Source of the DNA: Lenisia limosa
Lineage: Eukaryota > Protista > Breviatea
Assembly: GCA_001655205.1 (NCBI GenBank)
Contig: LPNZ01008761.1
Coordinates: 1 to 55,975 of the forward strand
DNA length: 55,975 nucleotides
Direction: 5' to 3'
Each line of letters opens with the position of its first letter. Within the stretch, counting starts at the first letter, position 1. The notes beneath the pieces were generated by a model. It was not told where the DNA came from and ran no database searches. It saw only the letters and a list, made by a program, of their open reading frames with translations. The position numbers and the translations under genes are program-made. This document shows positions 12,101 to 26,949 of this stretch, in pieces.

Positions 12101-13810
12101 TATTGGTATGAAATACTGTAAGATCATCATCAAATGATGTTGCGTTTTTTGGTATGAAATACTGCAAGATCATCAAATGATGTTGCGTTTTTTTTTTTGA
12201 ATGTTTCAGATCCGCAACACTGAGAAACAATACCTTCGCTTCCGCATGCCTGAAGGTGGAGAAATCTGGTCTACCAAGGTCAGGGGTGTTCACTTTTTGG
12301 ATGATATTGACTTGATATTTTCGTAAAAAACGTTGTAAGAAGTGTCTGCTTTCGAAAGATGTTTCTGAATAAACAAACTATAATTAGGAGAAAATCATTT
12401 CACAAGCTGACTTCCTTAGGTTGGCACAGAGGCTGTGAAGCCTGCACGTGACCTTGCAAGTGGTGAGGTCATGGTTCCCCTTACCAAGGGCGAAGGAGAC
12501 AGTGCCCAGTTCACTGTTACTATCATCTATGTTTGAGGGGGGGGGGGGGTANNNNNNNNNNNNNNNNNNNNNNNNNNNNNNNNNNNNNNNNNNNNNNNNN
12601 NNNNNNNNNNNNNNNNNNNNNNNNNNNNNNNNNNNNNNNNNNNNNNAAGCACCAATAAGAAGATTGATTTAAGCTTCCCTTCCTTCGACATTCCGATCAA
12701 CCACATTCTGGCTAGCGTCTATGTTCCTCAAGGTAACAGGCAAGGGTCACAGAATATATGTTAACGAATCTGAGTATTCGCTAAGAATATCTTTGATTGC
12801 AAGTATGAAATCTGATTGCTATCAGACCGTCAGTATGGAGAGTTCACAGGATCTATGAAGGAAGTTGAGCATTTCTCCGTTGCACCTCCAACTGCTCCAG
12901 CTCCTTACGGAGGAGGCGTCAGAAAGGTGATTTCAGTAAATTTAAAACTCAGAGGAATTTTACATGAAAGCTAAAACGTGTGACTGACTGTTTAGAGGCG
13001 TGCTGCTCCCCAGCAAATGATGATGCAGCAGCAGGTTCAAATGCCTCCTCAAATGGTCAGTCCATGGTTATCAGAATTATCCCAAAATTGATTAATCTAT
13101 TCTCTTGCTGTCTGACTTCTTTAGCAGCAACAATCGTTCCAATCCAATGTGATGGTAGGGCGGATAATTGCGGCATTGCGGACGGCTTTTGCCAGATTTT
13201 TTCTTTTCTACTTTCTCCATCGAAATAGTACATTGACATTCTCTGTGATTCTGACAATCTAGAATGTCTGCGATGATGACTTCTTCAAAAATGAGAATGA
13301 AGAACAAGATATGATGTTGATGGTGTGTGCAATAAATGCGTACTGGAATGACACTAACATCATAGGGAAGCAGTCTCGCCGGAGCCTCTTCTTCAGGTGT
13401 TACCCCAGGTTAGTTTTAATCCGCCACCGCCCATCTGTCATCATTTCATCATTCGAATCAGTTCATTGTTTCAAATAACGCCAAGGGTTTACATTTACAA
13501 TTCAGTTGAAGTAAAGGTACCCACCACCGGTCGCGAGTTTAAATTCGAGAAGCTTGTTGTCATTGAGGAGGAGCTGAACTTGAAATGCGACTTTAAAGCA
13601 GTCAAAAAGTCTTTCCTTAAGAGGCGTCGTGTCGGTATGTGGTAAACAATTGGTGAACTTTCTCTGTCAATGTCAACATATGATATTTAAAGATTTGGTC
13701 GTTTTTTTCCTCTATCCATAACACGCTCAGGAATGAGCCCTTTTACCATTGTTGCTGCCACTGGAGTTGTCATTGCCGTCACCGCTGCCGGAGCTTACTA
13801 CTTGGTTTAA
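9192..13810 (+). CDS. Large uncharacterised multi-exon protein with a C-terminal transmembrane (tail-anchor) segment
   Basis: More than 20 phase-compatible exons (e.g. HSIGEGLVKAQADLQFTVVSG, RETGYFGVAARTSVEVKEVS, IRNTEKQYLRFRMPEGGEIWSTKV, KVPTTGREFKFEKLVVIEEEL); last exon 13731-13810 encodes MSPFTIVAATGVVIAVTAAGAYYLV*; three gaps inside. Confidence 0.75.
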
Positions 13811-13898
13811 CTTCTCTACCTTATTATTTATTATCCGCATGTGCAAAGATCAGATCAGAATAACATCAACAAGAAAGGTAAAATTAAGGAGGTGTGGC

Positions 13899-16251
13899 CT
13901 ATTGGCAAGCAACAAGAACGCGGCCGCGGGTCTCTCCAGACAGAACACGGGCAGACTCGCCAGCAACTTCTTCGAGAGTCACAGTCTTTTCAACCATGAG
14001 GTCAGTCTAAGCTGATCAGAAAAACATGGAAAATGAGTCAAACTTATTGGCAGAAAAGACTCTATGAAATTTTTATGACTGATACTTGCATTGCCGGGTT
14101 TTGGTTCGAAAAATAGTTCTCATGGATTCCTATCCCACCTTCTCCTGGGGAATGGCAGAAAGCATCTTCCACACTTCATCACGCTTCTAAAATGGTGAAA
14201 AATGTTTCTCATTAAAAAAAAGCAGTGAATATGAGAAATATTGATTATCTGTTTTGTTAAGACAACAGTCAAATAAGAATTGGAATATTAAAATTACTCT
14301 GAAAGTACAAATAACAAACCTCAGCAGGAATCATGACAGAGTCGATACCGGCCATGGTAACAGCTCTGAGGAGGAAGGGGAGAACAGTGGTGGTCAGAGC
14401 AGGGCTGGCAGCAAGACCAACAACAGCTGAATCCATGAGAATGTAGTATTAGTATATGATGAGGATAGCATTTCAACGTTTGGAAAGTAAAAAAAAAAAG
14501 AACAAAGCTAAGAATTCACACTAACGCATCCGATAGCTTACCGACGACACCGCCATATTTGATGAGGGTGAGCAAGTTGGAGAGAGGGGCGCCTCCAACA
14601 GTGTCAATAGCACCACCGTAGACCTCTCTGGAAAGGTGAGTGTAATTTTTAACGTCTCTCTGATTCAAAAATCGAAAACTTCCTTTCATTTTTTGGACTA
14701 AAGTATTGACAAGCTCTGTTCAATACCTTCCAAGAGGGCGACGAGGGGCCTCGCTCCATTCAACAGCATCAACAATCTGAAGAGTTAGTGATCACAATCC
14801 GTTTTGGCATGGAATTGTAGAGCTCTAAGATTTACCAAAATCTAATTCCCTATCCCTCACAAGCACCTCTTTGATCAAGAATCAAGGAGTCCTACCTCAG
14901 TAGCGCCGAGAGCCTTAAGGTACTCAGTCTTTTTCTCGGTGGGGTTGCGAGTCACAGCAGCGACCTTGTAGCCCAAGTTGGAAAGAAGGCTAGGAGTGTG
15001 AGAGATGCTAGCAAGTAAGAAGGCTAGGAGTGTGAGAGAGGCAAGTTGGAAAGAAAGCTAGGAGTGTGAGAGATGCTGGCAAGTTATGAAAAGCTTACGC
15101 CACAGCAATGGAGCCGACACCTCCGGTGGCGCCGGTCACAGCAATGGTTTCGGTCTTGGCAACACTCTCAACAGCCTGAAGGGTCAGAATACAGCGAATA
15201 AATTACTAAAATGGTGGGTTTTTTTTCTCTTCACCTTTTGATTTTTTTTTTTTTGGTTTTTGTTTTTGGNNNNNNNNNNNNNNNNNNNNNNNNNNNNNNN
15301 NNNNNNNNNNNNNNNNNNNNNNNNNNNNNNNNNNNNNNNNNNNNNNNNNNNNNNNNNNNNNNNNTTTAGTTTTCCTTAAAAAAAAGTGAAGCCCTGAAGT
15401 CCCAAATATAGACTCTATCTCCCCCCACCCCCGCGCGCCATTCTCATTGTATTCCCCATCCCGATACTGACCTTGACGCAGAGGGCAGCAGCAACACCAG
15501 CAGTTCCAGAGACCATAGCAGTGCGCGCATTAATACCCTACATCGTATAAATTAGTAATAACAGGCACTATAGGTTAAGTCCCGAAGTATCAAGGCTCAC
15601 CTCGGGTTGGTGGGTCACGAACTTGGCGGGGACACGGGCTTTTGAGGCCATGCCTCCCCAATGGATCTCGCCGACACGCCATCCGGTGACAATTACCTGG
15701 AGGGTTATGGTCTTACGAACAAAGGATGTTAGAGTGCACGTGCTTCACAAGCCTTTCTTCTGCACTGACCTTGTCTCCAGCCTTGAACTGTTCAGAGGAA
15801 GATTGTTCAACCTCACCGGCCATGTCAATTCCTGGAGGATTCAGAATGAGCACAAGAAGAAAGGAAGGAGTAACAGTGGGAAACTCCAATACCAGGAATA
15901 TGAGGCCATGCCTTGACAAGACGACCTCCATCCTTGAGAATCATGGCTAAATGGTGAGAGAAGGGCAACTGTGGGAAGATGTATGCATTCCGAGATAAGA
16001 AACTGGGCTTGTTCTTGCCAAATTACTTAAAAAGTTGCTAAAGAAAACAGACCATCCTTGTAGTTCACTCCCGAGAACTGAACAGAAATGAGCACTTCTC
16101 CTAAAATGGTAAGAGAATTTTCTTCTCAAATTCTACTGACTCTTAAACTCTTACCTTCAGGAAGGGAGTCAACTGGAAGAGTTTCAACACTGGCAACAGG
16201 AATCTTCTCTCCCTCAGCAACTCTTTGAACAACACCGCGGAAAGTACTCAT
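13899..16251 (-). CDS. acuI: Acryloyl-CoA reductase / MDR oxidoreductase of the YhdH/AcuI family
   Basis: About 13 exons: GVNYKD, WPHIPGIDMAGEV, VIVTGWRVGEIHWGGMASKARV, GTAGVAAALCV, AVTGATGGVGSIAV, GAIDTVGG, TTVLPFLLRAVTMAGIDSV, GETRGRVLV; colinear with E. coli YhdH. Confidence 0.9.
14974..15082 (-). repeat. Three ~34 bp tandem copies of the intron acceptor / exon start in acuI
   Basis: On the + strand (gttggaa)agaaggctaggagtgtgagaga occurs three times, with CTAG at 14990, 15024 and 15058. Confidence 0.9.
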
Positions 16252-17899
16252 TTTATTAATATATTGATACAAAGAGGTTTTTTTTGGATTTTTTTTTTTT
16301 TCTTTTTAAGGGGCCGGGCTGTGGCAACCTGCCGTGTCACATTAAATTCCGCGGGGCAGGCAGAGTGGGTTTACATGTTTGTCAGTCGCCTGTCACGCGC
16401 CTTGGTCGCGGTCTTGTCGTCGCGGCGCATGTGTTCAACTGGTGTTCATGGGACCCCTATGTTGAACCAACACCAAGGGTGATGGGTGATGCGAGTGAGA
16501 TGAACAGTAACACTGTCAACATATCACTTCACATTACACATTCACAAAATTCCACTCCCAAATTTTACAATAATAATTGTTTTATTTTTTCTTCATTGTT
16601 CACTTAAAGTCTACCAAGACCAACTTTGAACAAGATTATTCACCTTTGAAAATAGAACAATATCACAATAATGCATACCATATTGTCTGTGCTCCAAAAA
16701 AGCCAAAGCAAGGGTTTCCTGGAATAAAAGATGTATTAAATGATAATCACTTAAAGATTGGAGTGTGGCCTTAAAGCAAATCTAAACTATTAGTCGTAAC
16801 ATAAGTCTCTTGATTGGGAAATGAGAGAGAGAGTAAAAAAATGGGAGTTGTAGGAAAAAGACAAGAACTATCAAGAAAATTAACAGAAAGCGAACAGTAT
16901 GATACTATCATATGATATGTAATAATTGTGATTTATCAATTGTAAAAATAAACCTAGGAGGTACATATCATATATGATATAGTAGTAATTATATCATATG
17001 ATATACTAAAATGGGGAGTCAAGATGAATTCCTGAAATTTTGTGTTTGAAATTGTTATCGAGGCGGAATTGTGGAAAACGTTTTCAGATTCAAGACAAAA
17101 TAAAATCCGAGGAAAAGACATCTCAGGTGCCAGAAAACTGAGCTAAACTGATATTAACCAAGCCTTCAATTTTACATAATATAATTGTTGTTATGGGAAA
17201 TAAGAAGCAGCATTCAAGAGTATATCCCTCAGAAGAAGTGGAAAATGATGCTTAAGAAAAAACTTTGGGTAGGAAGTAGGTGAAAATCATGAACCTTCTA
17301 GAAGGGTTTCAAATTGTCGTTTCACTTTCTTGCTTTCATGCTCCTTTGCAGCTGTTATGTTTGAACTCATACCAAAAAAAAAAGTTTTTGAAATAAAAAA
17401 CTGACTATTGTGAGAATTGAACCCACTAGTTTGAGTAAAGCGATGACAAAAAGGCAAGTAATATATTATTTTTAAAAAACTATGTCCCGTAAACTTTGTG
17501 CAAGTTTTTTTTGGAATGTTTTCTGACTGGTTTTTGGAGTTTAGGTAATTTTCCGCAAATAACGACTTGTAAGAAGAGGAGTTGGAGATGCGGATATCTT
17601 TTTCTTCTCTTTTTACTGCTTCTAAATCCCCTCATTGTAATTTTCTATAATGACGATGTTTTTGTGCTGCCTTGTAAAAAAACTCAACGTAGCTCTCCCA
17701 AGGACAAATAGGCATATTATATAACATACAACAAGTAACAACTATTGATTATTGGAACGGAACTGGAGAAGAAGAAGGGACAACTAAGCCATCCGAGGAG
17801 GAAAAAGTTGCCAAAAAAACTTTTTTAAATCAGCTTTTCAGAGACTTTCCGTGCCGGAAGCCTTCGTAAGCAGAAAGTTTTAACTCCCAACAAAGTTTA

Positions 17900-20656
17900 C
17901 GGGAGCAAGTTTTTTTATCGCATAAACTCTAATAACTGATGTAGGGGAGCCGATGTGTTTCTTCAGGGGTGCCTCAGGAAAGAAACTTCACGAAAACTGA
18001 ACATGAAAGTCTGGTTTTGTATTATTGACAGATCTTTTGGATTCTTGTACTGGTCAGGGCTGACGCCCGCCATCCTTGTTGGCTTCTGCATTCCATTAAA
18101 GACAGAGACTGCCCCAGTCAATCACTACCAAGAACAGGCCGAGTGTTCCGTACACCGACTCTCCGTCCACGTTATCCTGCCGGTACTTGGCCGCAGGTGG
18201 TTTGAAATGTTGGAACTGAATAGTTCGACGACTTTTCTCAAGAAAAGGTTAAAGACCACTAATCGAACTCATATTGGGGTATTTAAGAAGAAAAATCGTT
18301 GAACTTCTTTGCAGAGCAAGTTTTCAACCCTCAGCAACCAAGAACCCTCCTGTCAAATAACACCTTTCTGGTCGCGAACTCGACAACCACTCTGCCCCAA
18401 TCTTTACTTTTTTTTATATTATATCATATATAATTTAGAAATGAGCAAGTTTTACTCATTTATGAAAAATAACATCACTATTCTCGATCATTTTCCCACA
18501 CTATCTATCATTTACAACTCAGTGATATGATAATTGTCTCAATGATACTCTGATGCGGATGAATACTCCTGTTATCTCCGTTCATCATTTCGCCTTGAAA
18601 GTCGGTCATATGATCATATCACTTGTGGATATGGGTTAACAAAAAATCTCAAAATCTCAAAAAAAAAAGCTCTAAGAATAACAGCCCAAGCAAGTCAAGC
18701 AAGCCCTGCAAACCATCGTCAAGGAGATATTGATAAAAAAGGAATCCGGAAGGATTTTGGTTTTGCATTCTGTCTGACTTCAACACTCTGGTTTTTATGT
18801 CTACATAGTCAGTCAGGAAATAGTCACTAAACTTAAGTGCTTTCCATAAATACGATTGAAAACCAACCAAAGATTTTACCAATTTCAGAATAATGCCAAT
18901 TTGACTTGCTATGTAAGCAAATCCGCCAAAAAAGATACGACAAGGCATCCAGAGGGGTATACTCAAAACCTGAAGCGATAAAAACAAGAAGAAATCTACA
19001 AAATAATATGGTGGGTGTGTTAAGGGTGCTCAGAGAGTTTATTTGCTTTGAGTCATAAAAACCAATGGAACTTACCCAAATAACAGTATGCCAGTAAATC
19101 ATCACCATGTGAGTAAAACATGATCGCTTGTTCCAGCCCTGAGCTTTGTGTGTCTGAAAAGTGATTCAGTATATTAACTCATATCACATAGTACATATTA
19201 TATCATATGATAATAAAGGAAAGCTACTTTATATGATATGAAATTAAATAAATGAGGTCAATGAAAGCAAACCTTTGAATACGAGAGTCCAATACAAGGA
19301 TACAAGAAGCCAAGCGCAATCCAAACAAATAGATTGACGGACTCTGCCGGAGCCGGAACCTGGGGTGGTTGGAAAATAATCCTTGGTAAAGGGAATAGGT
19401 TCAATATCTTGTTTTGATGATAGGGGCATCCATTCACTTTGTACAACTTATTATAACCTAGGAAGAGTTTGAGCCAGCTTACCTCAGGGCTTGTCTCTTC
19501 ATTGCACAATTGCTCAACACCATCATCTTGTACTAGAGTATGAAACTTGCAATGATGCAAAGTTTGTGGAGAGATAGACAGCATCTCAACCAACGTTCAT
19601 GATATTGCAGTCCAAGAGCAGCCAAGAGAAGCGAATCGATGACTTTGATGGGGGAAAAAAGATCTAAGTGTGTTAATAAATGTACTTACTATTCTCTCAA
19701 ACACAACTTACTCTCAATTGTGACCTTGATTCCGAGATACTTCACAACAGGCTTCACAACAGACTCCATGATGACGTGCACTATTAAGAACGTCATGAGC
19801 CACGATACCGCCGTCTCGGCAAAATCAGGGAACAGCCCGCTCACCTATGCCGATGAGCGAAAAGAAGAGTTTTAAAAACAACACAATACGAAATGGCGTA
19901 ATTAGTACGACATATATACATATAATTATGTATATGATATGATATAGTATTCTGTATTACTCAAGGTCAATTGGGCAATCCGACAGTCCCACCGGACGGG
20001 CTGCTTCGTGAACCGAACGCCACACTGCCATTTTCAAAATGGAGGCCCAGTTGTGAAGAGCCATGACAAGGCGGCTGAGAAACACCTCCGCTGAGAACCA
20101 TGCTCTAAAATCGTTAATAGTCCTCACCTCCCCAAAAAATGAAGCAGATAGGGCAATAAACAAAAACGAGCTGTAATCCTTTGACAATCCCAAATGCAGT
20201 TCTTTAAATAGAATAATAATAATAAAAAACACTAACAGCTTTTTTTTATTTCGGGTTCAGCGGCGGCACAAAGCACAATCAACCCAGCCCACTGTTCTGT
20301 CTGTGGTATATAGAGCGCACTGAGCAGGTAGAGGGCAAAAAGGGCTCTAGAAACCTGAATGATTGGAATGAAGCAAGGGAGAAAGTGGAGGGAGGAGTGA
20401 GGAGGGGGGGATTGCAATATTAGTCTTGGTCCCAGATTTACTTTGAAATATATACCCTCAGCAGCTGAAGAAAGAGGCCTGGGGACAAGGAACGACTTTG
20501 TTGTCCAGATCTAAAAGACTGTAAGCTTCACTCGTGTATGTACTCTCATGAATGTGTGTGTTGCAGGTATGTTGTATTAATAAATAACTACCAACAAACC
20601 AAGAAAACTGCAAGTAGCAGAAGTACTTCGCATCTGAAGAGCAACGAAGTGATCAT
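17900..20656 (-). CDS. Probable multi-pass membrane protein of unknown family (boundaries approximate; may be more than one gene)
   Basis: Phase-compatible hydrophobic exons: AETAVSWLMTFLIVHVIMESVVK, VIDSLLLAALGLQYHE, VNLFVWIALGFLYPCIGLSYSK, MVMIYWHTVIWVLSIPLWMPCRIFFGGFAYIASQIGIILKL; no family recognised. Confidence 0.45.
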
Positions 20657-21059
20657 GTTGTTCCTCTTGCCTCTCAGTCCTTAATCTTTCTTTGCTGTTT
20701 TATTGCTAAACATTGTGTTTTAAAAACTACATGATAATAATAATAATAAATTTAGCGTAACCTTGCCAAAAAAAATGGCATTAGCATTCCTGCATTCTTT
20801 TTTTTTTAAGGGTGTGATGTGGAGCAGGTACTGAGGGTAAGGGAAAATACAATTCCAATTGCGCTAACTCTCCTTCCAGATGATTACCTAAGAGCCACTG
20901 ATTCATCGATTCACCCACGATTCATTTGTCAAACTTTTAAACTATAAATACCTTAACCTGCATGTATCATCACAAAACATATTTTACAAAAACATATTAG
21001 TCGTCCAAAAAATCCTACAAGTGTAAAGAAATAAAGAAATTGACCTTTATTTGTCATTT

Positions 21060-23792
21060 TAATAAACCGCAAACAGTATTAGGGGTTGGAAGGGGGAGAT
21101 CAGGGGCTTCTAAACTAAATGGATCGGAGAAGGGGTCAAACAGCGCTGGTTCTAAAAAAAAAAGGTAAAAATGGCAATTAGAGACCTATCATTGCACCTT
21201 TTCACATACCTGAATTACTTGAGGGTAAAAAGTTTGGAGAACTTTCAGAAAGAAGAGAACTGTGGAAGTAAATAAGACCAATAAAAGTAAAATAATGTTC
21301 TGTATATTGTTTTCAATCTTGGAGATAAAAGCTTACGAGGAGTATTGGGGAGTTGGCTGGTTCAATCCCTCTTGGAACATTTGGTCAGAGGGACTTCCAA
21401 TTAGAGAGCCGGTTTCAGATTGGGGAGCAGAGAAATCTGGGATATGAGACCTCCACAAAAGTAAAGTTGAGCAATTTAAATTTGATCAGAATCCAACCAA
21501 TTGGTGTGTTGACTGGGGGGAGTTGGAACCCTTGTTTAGGCATATTTAGGGGTTGGGCTTTGGGTTGATGCATGGTGGGCGGCGGTCGTGATGGAGGTGA
21601 AGGCTGGAGGAGTGAGATTTCAACGCAACAAATTATCTTTTGAGTTCATAGTATGTGTCCAATTCAGGTCAAATATCCACATTTCTGCCAAACTCACAAT
21701 GGGTTCAGGTCTAGTGGTTCGAGGAGGGGCGGAGGCAGAGTGGATATGACTTGGATGTGGCGGGGCTCCGCCACCTTGATACTTATTAGAATCGAACATT
21801 TCGAGCATCAAGATGACATTGTGGCATTAATTACGAAAGGCAATTTAACACAATCAAAAATGAAGAGAAATTCACCTCTCGATACATCTCAATGCAATTC
21901 GTTTGTTTCTCGATCAGAGTGGCGCAAACTATAAACCTTCAGAAGCCCTACCCACACCCACCTGGAGCAGCGAAGTACTGATTTCGCTTTAACATGTAAC
22001 GAGTGGCTGCATGTCCAGACTGGGGTTGATGGCTTGGGGGCTGTTGCGTCTGGTCCTGTCGCAAAACTTGAACCTGATGCGCTGCAAATTGCTTGGGGTT
22101 GAAATTCTCCAGTGATACTAATAAGTCAATAAAGCCATGGTTGACGGTAGCAGAACAAAAAAGTAGTGCGGTGAATCATACTCTTAGCCTACAGAGAGGG
22201 TTTTGCTGGAACACATTAGCCCATGACATTAAATCTTTAAGATCTCTGGTAACTTGTGCCGTCTACAGAGGTGAAAAGAATACTCTCAGCAAAGGCAACC
22301 TACAAAACGGTTATGACTACCGATATGAATATAGGCGACCACAAAAAAGATACTTATAAAAGATTTTTTAGGCGGACTTAGTCCTTTTTTAGGACCAGAC
22401 TGGAATTAAAGATGGATCCCATTGATTAAATATTTGAAATCATTGAAACCTTCATTGGTTTTGGTACCTTTGTTTCAACTAAAAAGGACAAATTTTGATT
22501 TCTAAAAAAATGTGATAAATGTCAAAACGTTATAGGTCAACTGTAACCAAATCTATCGAGAAACTGCAGCATACTTCCAGATATCGCATGATGGCAGAAG
22601 GGACACCAAACTCATTGACAGGAACAGGGATCTTGGAAGGGGCAATGGATTCTTGGGTCTGAACAAGTAAGAAATGGAAGGTTTTATTGAAATTGGTCGA
22701 ATTCTACAAAATTCCCATTTCAATGGTATACCGTCTCTTCCATAACCACAAAAGATTCTTGATTACTGACAAAAAAAAGTATAGTCGCTCACCATTAAGT
22801 ATGGGACTGAAAGATACTGCTGGTGTTGTTGAACGGTAACTTCAATGGCAATAATTTTGAGTGATGGGGAGAACGATGCCCGAAGTTGTCCAGAAAATGA
22901 CACCTGCAGGTGAATTACCGTCTTTAAGAAGAAGAATTTCAATATTTTGTTAAATGGTGATCTGACATCAACGTTAAATTTTGGGAAAACGACAAGAGAT
23001 AGGAAACCAGTATAGCAAATGATAAAACTGTTTTTTTTTTTGGAAAAGAGTGTGGTACAGAGAAGAAAGAAGACTCTGACGAAGCTCAAACCATCAACAC
23101 CAGAAGTACCAATTCTCTCTATCATATTATACTATAATCCAATATCTCTTATAAGTGTGGTGTGGACGGCTTCGGCCAGATACTACCTTATTTTTTATTT
23201 CTCATTTCTATATATCATGGTAATTATTTAACAGAATAATAAAAGCAATAAAATAGTCAAAAAAAAAAAAAAAAAAAAANNNNNNNNNNNNNNNNNNNNN
23301 NNNNNNNNNNNNNNNNNNNNNNNNNNNNNNNNNNNNNNNNNNNNNNNNNNNAAGCTTCCTTTCCCCGACACTCCACACCAATACCCCTGGCCTACTACAA
23401 CAGTCTCATAACGCATAATGATGGAGACATCAGAATCAATAGCACAAATGTTCTGGGGTAACTGGTAGAGACGGACTTTTGACGGCACTAATGAAAAATC
23501 GGCCATTCCAGACTCAAAGAGGATTCGGAAAAAGCGGGGAAGAACCTCGCGAAACACATCTGAAGGAGTCACAATAGAGATCTGATAAAGATTGACCATC
23601 AGTATGGCGGGGAGGCGTACCAAAATATCTAGTTTTCTCTGGCTTGCATTGGTGACATAGCATAAGCTTTAATCTTCCACTTTCATGAAAGAAAGCGTTG
23701 ATCAATGTTTTCCATTCTGAAATATCCGCAAGTCCTCTAGAGTTAATGGACGAAGCCAGCTCCAAAAGACGACTAAGGTAGCGTGCTTGCAT
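21060..23792 (-). CDS. LIM-domain-binding (LDB/SEUSS/Adn1/Mfg1 family) transcriptional co-regulator with a P/Q/S-rich C-terminus
   Basis: SRLLELASSIN..DISEWKTLINAFFHESGRLKL, VLPRFFRILFESG, GQLRASFSPSLKIIAIEV..HQQYL and VNEFGVPSAIMRYLE-TAQVTRDLKDLM match the LIM_bind motif order; both ends approximate. Confidence 0.75.
23123..23185 (+). repeat. Dispersed short repeat, copy B (intron of the LIM-binding gene)
   Basis: ATATTATACTATAATCCAATATCTCTT..GTGTGGTGTGGACGGCTTCGGCCAGATACT; core matches 5254-5270; left part matches about 28340-28366. Confidence 0.8.
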
Positions 23793-23944
23793 ATTTTCTT
23801 GCTACATTCCACAATGACAAGATATACGGGTAGAAAAACCCCTAAACACAGCCATCAACACCCTATCTCTTCAATTCCGTAGTTATGCTAGATCTATAAC
23901 TGTATTTAGAAGTAATACACCAGTCAAAAGGCTTAAAGGGCTGG

Positions 23945-24185
23945 CAAGGGGCTGAGACTCCCAGAAAACAAACGATCATCGATCAACTTCATCATCATGA
24001 GATCAATGCAAAAACGCTGAAAAAAAAGACAAAAAAAACAGCTGAGAGAATCGAACCAAGAATAAAGTTGAGATCATGCTGAGATCATTGTGAGATCAAC
24101 TTGAGATCAACCCAAGATCAGTCACATCCACTTATCGATCAATGTCAAACTGATTGTAGGTTTTTCTGGGAGTCTCAGCCCCTTG
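23945..24185. mobile_element. Non-autonomous hAT-like MITE, 241 bp
   Basis: Perfect 24 bp terminal inverted repeats (CAAGGGGCTGAGACTCCCAGAAAA at 23945-23968; reverse complement at 24162-24185); flanking 8-mers AGGGCTGG and AAGGCTGG (7/8 match); internal GAGATCA/GATCA repeats. Confidence 0.8.
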
Positions 24186-24349
24186 AAGGCTGGTCCCGAA
24201 AAAAAATTTGACGAGAGAGTGAAAGAGGAGCCGAGTAGAGCATTTCAGTTCAGTTCACCAAAATTCCATCCAGATATCAAATTCTTCTTTTCATAATTTT
24301 TTTTTAATTTTTTCAGACCTTTTGCGACCCTGCCGGACGCCTATTAAAT

Positions 24350-26949
<2,600 letters not shown>

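Noticed and set aside
13733-14015. Separate small plus-strand gene MSPFTIVAA.. or ORF 13749-14015
   Set aside because: Better explained as the last exon of the 9192 gene, plus overlap with the acuI 3' exon on the opposite strand
16311-16600. SRP (7SL) RNA call
   Set aside because: Only faint Alu-domain resemblance; the conserved helix-8 motif was not found, so it is kept only as an unexplained segment
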